From positions 1-18,922 of the forward strand of contig JBNJDT010000025.1 in the NCBI GenBank assembly GCA_051745145.1: a DNA stretch of 18,922 nt. Reading direction: 5' to 3'. The translations under genes were made by a program, and so were the position numbers. How positions within the stretch are numbered: position 1 is the first letter of the stretch; each line of letters starts with the position of its first letter. Of this stretch, positions 16,569-18,922 are shown piece after piece. The DNA comes from Elusimicrobiota bacterium (GTDB lineage: Bacteria > CG03 > SLGR01 > JAGXOG01). The notes under the pieces were generated by a model, which saw only the letters and a list, made by a program, of their open reading frames with translations, made no database searches and was not told where the DNA came from.

Positions 16569-18709
16569 CACAGTTTATCCAGATAACTTTCATCTACAAG
16601 CACTTTTCTCTTTTTGGTGCCCCGGCTTTCCCCTATTACTCCGTTCTCTTCCATATGGTCAACTATTCTGGCCGCCCGGTTATATCCCACTCTTAATTTC
16701 CTCTGGATCATGGATATGGAGGCCTCATCTTTTTCTATAACCAGTTCCACGGCTTCGGGATATTTTTCATCCTCAAATTTTGAACCCGAACGCCCTCCCT
16801 GCCGTCCGATTTCCAGGACAGTTATATTGTTAAGTTTAAACGTATCCTCTTCGGCCTTTCTTTTGTAATTTTCAAGGTTTTTTATAACCCGGTCGATTTC
16901 ATCTCTGGTTATAAGACAGCCCTGGAATCTTTCCGGTCTGGCAATCTCCGGGGACAAATAGAGTAAATCGCCGTTACCCATCAAATTTTGAGCGCCGTTG
17001 CAGTCCAGAATAGTTCTGGAATCGGTTCCGCTTATGACATTAAAAGCAATTCTGGCCGGAAGATTAGCTTTTATAACCCCGGTAATAACATCAACAGACG
17101 GTCTTTGAGTAGCCAGGACAAGATGTATTCCCACCGCCCGGGCCATCTGAGCTATCCGCACTATATGATTTTCCACTGTATTTTCCGCTACGGCCATCAA
17201 ATCCGCCAGTTCGTCTATTATTATAACTAATTTGGGTAAAGTCACCGGGCCGTTTTTTTTCTCTTCATCCAGTGAATTATATGAATCTATATTGGCAACG
17301 TTATTTTCAGAAAGCAGCTCATACCTTCTATCCATTTCACTGGTAACTGCTTCCAAACATTTTACCGCTTTTTTAGAATCGGTTATAACAGTCTGTTTCT
17401 CTTCGTCTCTCTCTTTAATTTTAACCAGATGGGGAATATCATCGTAAAGGGGCAGCTCCACCCGTTTGGGATCTATTAATAAAAGATTCACCTTTTCCGG
17501 AGAGGATTTATAAAGAATACTGTTTACCAGAGAATGTATGGCTACGCTTTTTCCCGAACCCGTAGCGCCGGCCAGAAGCAGATGGGGCATTGCAGCAAGA
17601 TCGGCAATATTTATATCCCCGCTCACCGACTTCCCCAGACAGTAAGGTATCGAAGTTGACGCATTTTTAAATTCATCGGAATCAATTAAAGTTCTTAACT
17701 TTACCACCTGCTGGTTGGCCGAAGGCACTTCAACTCCAACGGTGGATTTACCGGGTATGGGGGTGAGCATCCTCACGGTCTTGGCCTTCATGGCCATGGA
17801 TATATTAGAAGACAAATTTCGGACTTTGGACAGTTTAATTCCCGGAGGCAGAGTTAATTCATACCTGGTAATCGTCGGTCCTATCTGGATATTTGCAATC
17901 TGTGCTTCTATGTTAAAATTGGATAGTACCTCCCGTAATTCTTGACCTCTTGCCCTCTCTTTATCAACATCTAATTCTGATTTTTCCGATTCGTCAAGTA
18001 ATTCTACCGGGATTTTATATTTCAGCTCCCCCCCTTCATCATAATTTAACTGCTCATTTTTAGAGACTTTTTTGTTCTTTTTCTTCTTAGTTTTTCTTTT
18101 ATTTCTGGTTTTTGACTTTGGTTTTCTTTTTTTCTTTTTTGTGGATTTTTGATGGGCGTTTACTTTAACTTTTTTGGCTTTTATTTCTTTTATAGACTTA
18201 AAGTAATTTATTAGCTTTTTCTTAAATTTTGTTATTATTTTAGAAATTCCCGAAAATATTATCTTAAAAAATCTGGCCAGCGAAATATCACTTAAAAGAA
18301 CCATAGAAACCAAAAGGAGAGCAACGGTTATAACGTAAGTACCCGCCCTGCCGAAAGCGTATTTTATTATAACTTCAGTTAAAAAACTTCCCAGCTCGCC
18401 GCCGGAAAGCGGTCCCAGTAAATGGAAAAAAGTACTTCCCCCCAATATGAACACCAATATCCCTATAAATTTAGTTAACTTAAAATTAAATTCACTGTGC
18501 CGTATTTCTGTGATTCCCCAGTATATTAAGAAAAAAGGTATTATATAGCAGACCTCTCCCATAAATCTTACCAGAGTATTTGAAGCGGCGGCACCGAAAT
18601 TTCCCACGTATTCAGGTTTGATAAAAGCCAGAAGCAGTATCACGGCTATGGCTATAAGAGAAATACCTAAAATATCTTTTTTAGTTGTATCTTTTTTATT
18701 ATTGGCCAT
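16568..18709 (-). CDS. ftsK: DNA translocase FtsK
   Basis: N-terminal TM segments, alpha domain (GPTITRYEL, PIPGKSTVGVEVP), Walker A GATGSGKS, Walker B IIIDELADLM, ATQRPSVDVITG and gamma domain ASISMIQRKLRVGYNRAAR. Confidence 0.98.
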   Translation of the reverse strand: MANNKKDTTKKDILGISLIAIAVILLLAFIKPEYVGNFGAAASNTLVRFMGEVCYIIPFFLIYWGITEIRHSEFNFKLTKFIGILVFILGGSTFFHLLGPLSGGELGSFLTEVIIKYAFGRAGTYVITVALLLVSMVLLSDISLARFFKIIFSGISKIITKFKKKLINYFKSIKEIKAKKVKVNAHQKSTKKKKRKPKSKTRNKRKTKKKKNKKVSKNEQLNYDEGGELKYKIPVELLDESEKSELDVDKERARGQELREVLSNFNIEAQIANIQIGPTITRYELTLPPGIKLSKVRNLSSNISMAMKAKTVRMLTPIPGKSTVGVEVPSANQQVVKLRTLIDSDEFKNASTSIPYCLGKSVSGDINIADLAAMPHLLLAGATGSGKSVAIHSLVNSILYKSSPEKVNLLLIDPKRVELPLYDDIPHLVKIKERDEEKQTVITDSKKAVKCLEAVTSEMDRRYELLSENNVANIDSYNSLDEEKKNGPVTLPKLVIIIDELADLMAVAENTVENHIVRIAQMARAVGIHLVLATQRPSVDVITGVIKANLPARIAFNVISGTDSRTILDCNGAQNLMGNGDLLYLSPEIARPERFQGCLITRDEIDRVIKNLENYKRKAEEDTFKLNNITVLEIGRQGGRSGSKFEDEKYPEAVELVIEKDEASISMIQRKLRVGYNRAARIVDHMEENGVIGESRGTKKRKVLVDESYLDKL

Positions 18710-18718
18710 TATGGCAGG

Positions 18719-18922
18719 TCATCGGGAAGATATAATAATATTTCCCCTGTTTTCGGTAAGAGTTAATTTATCCTCTTTTAAAAGTATTCCCAGAGCTACC
18801 AGTAGCTGTGACCCTTTACAGTTAAGGTGAAATTTTAATTTTATTATATCCACCTCTTCATTAACTTCCAAAAAATCGCTGACCCGTTTGCTGAGTTTTT
18901 TAACTCTTTCTTCAAATTCCAT
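18719..18922 (-). CDS. Small winged helix-turn-helix protein (DUF2582-like); the start lies at the window edge
   Basis: 67-aa ORF ending 9 nt before ftsK. The pattern IIKLKFHL...LLVALGILLKEDKL resembles the (M/L)ALGWLxREDKI motif of DUF2582-type wHTH proteins. Confidence 0.55.
   Translation of the reverse strand: MEFEERVKKLSKRVSDFLEVNEEVDIIKLKFHLNCKGSQLLVALGILLKEDKLTLTENRGNIIISSR

Noticed and set aside
864..18830. Short antisense or alternate-frame ORFs in the track (e.g. 864-1070, 2561-2899, 6972-7310, 8522-8911, 8647-8901, 12092-12346, 16429-16740)
   Set aside because: They lie wholly or mostly inside well-supported genes, have no recognisable motifs, and have the composition expected of shadow ORFs.

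Overview
AT-rich bacterial chromosomal segment from a diderm (LolA, outer-membrane beta-barrels, many lipoproteins). The gene order is compatible with Elusimicrobiota or a similar poorly studied lineage, which is an inference. The right part (about 9.0-18.9 kb, minus strand) is a housekeeping run: small wHTH protein, ftsK, lolA, rodZ, pgsA, pgpA, a degenerate-M23/L,D-transpeptidase fusion, recA, MBL-fold hydrolase, xerD and a DUF362 Fe-S protein. A four-lipoprotein operon follows on the minus strand (FecR-domain lipoprotein, two LpoB/COG3417-like paralogs, COG3014-like TPR lipoprotein) and converges on a GlcD-like FAD oxidoreductase. The left 3.7 kb looks accessory: the 3' end of a beta-barrel gene, two tandem acidic lipoprotein paralogs with a shared 5' repeat that includes the upstream gene's last codons, a probable deletion relic of a small-protein/nucleotidyltransferase pair, a rubrerythrin/ferritin-like gene and a PorT-like barrel. 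I saw no rRNA, tRNA, CRISPR array or transposase. The best leads are the lipoprotein cassette repeat, the M23/LDT fusion, the lipoprotein operon, the nucleotidyltransferase deletion scar and a palindrome over the recA promoter.
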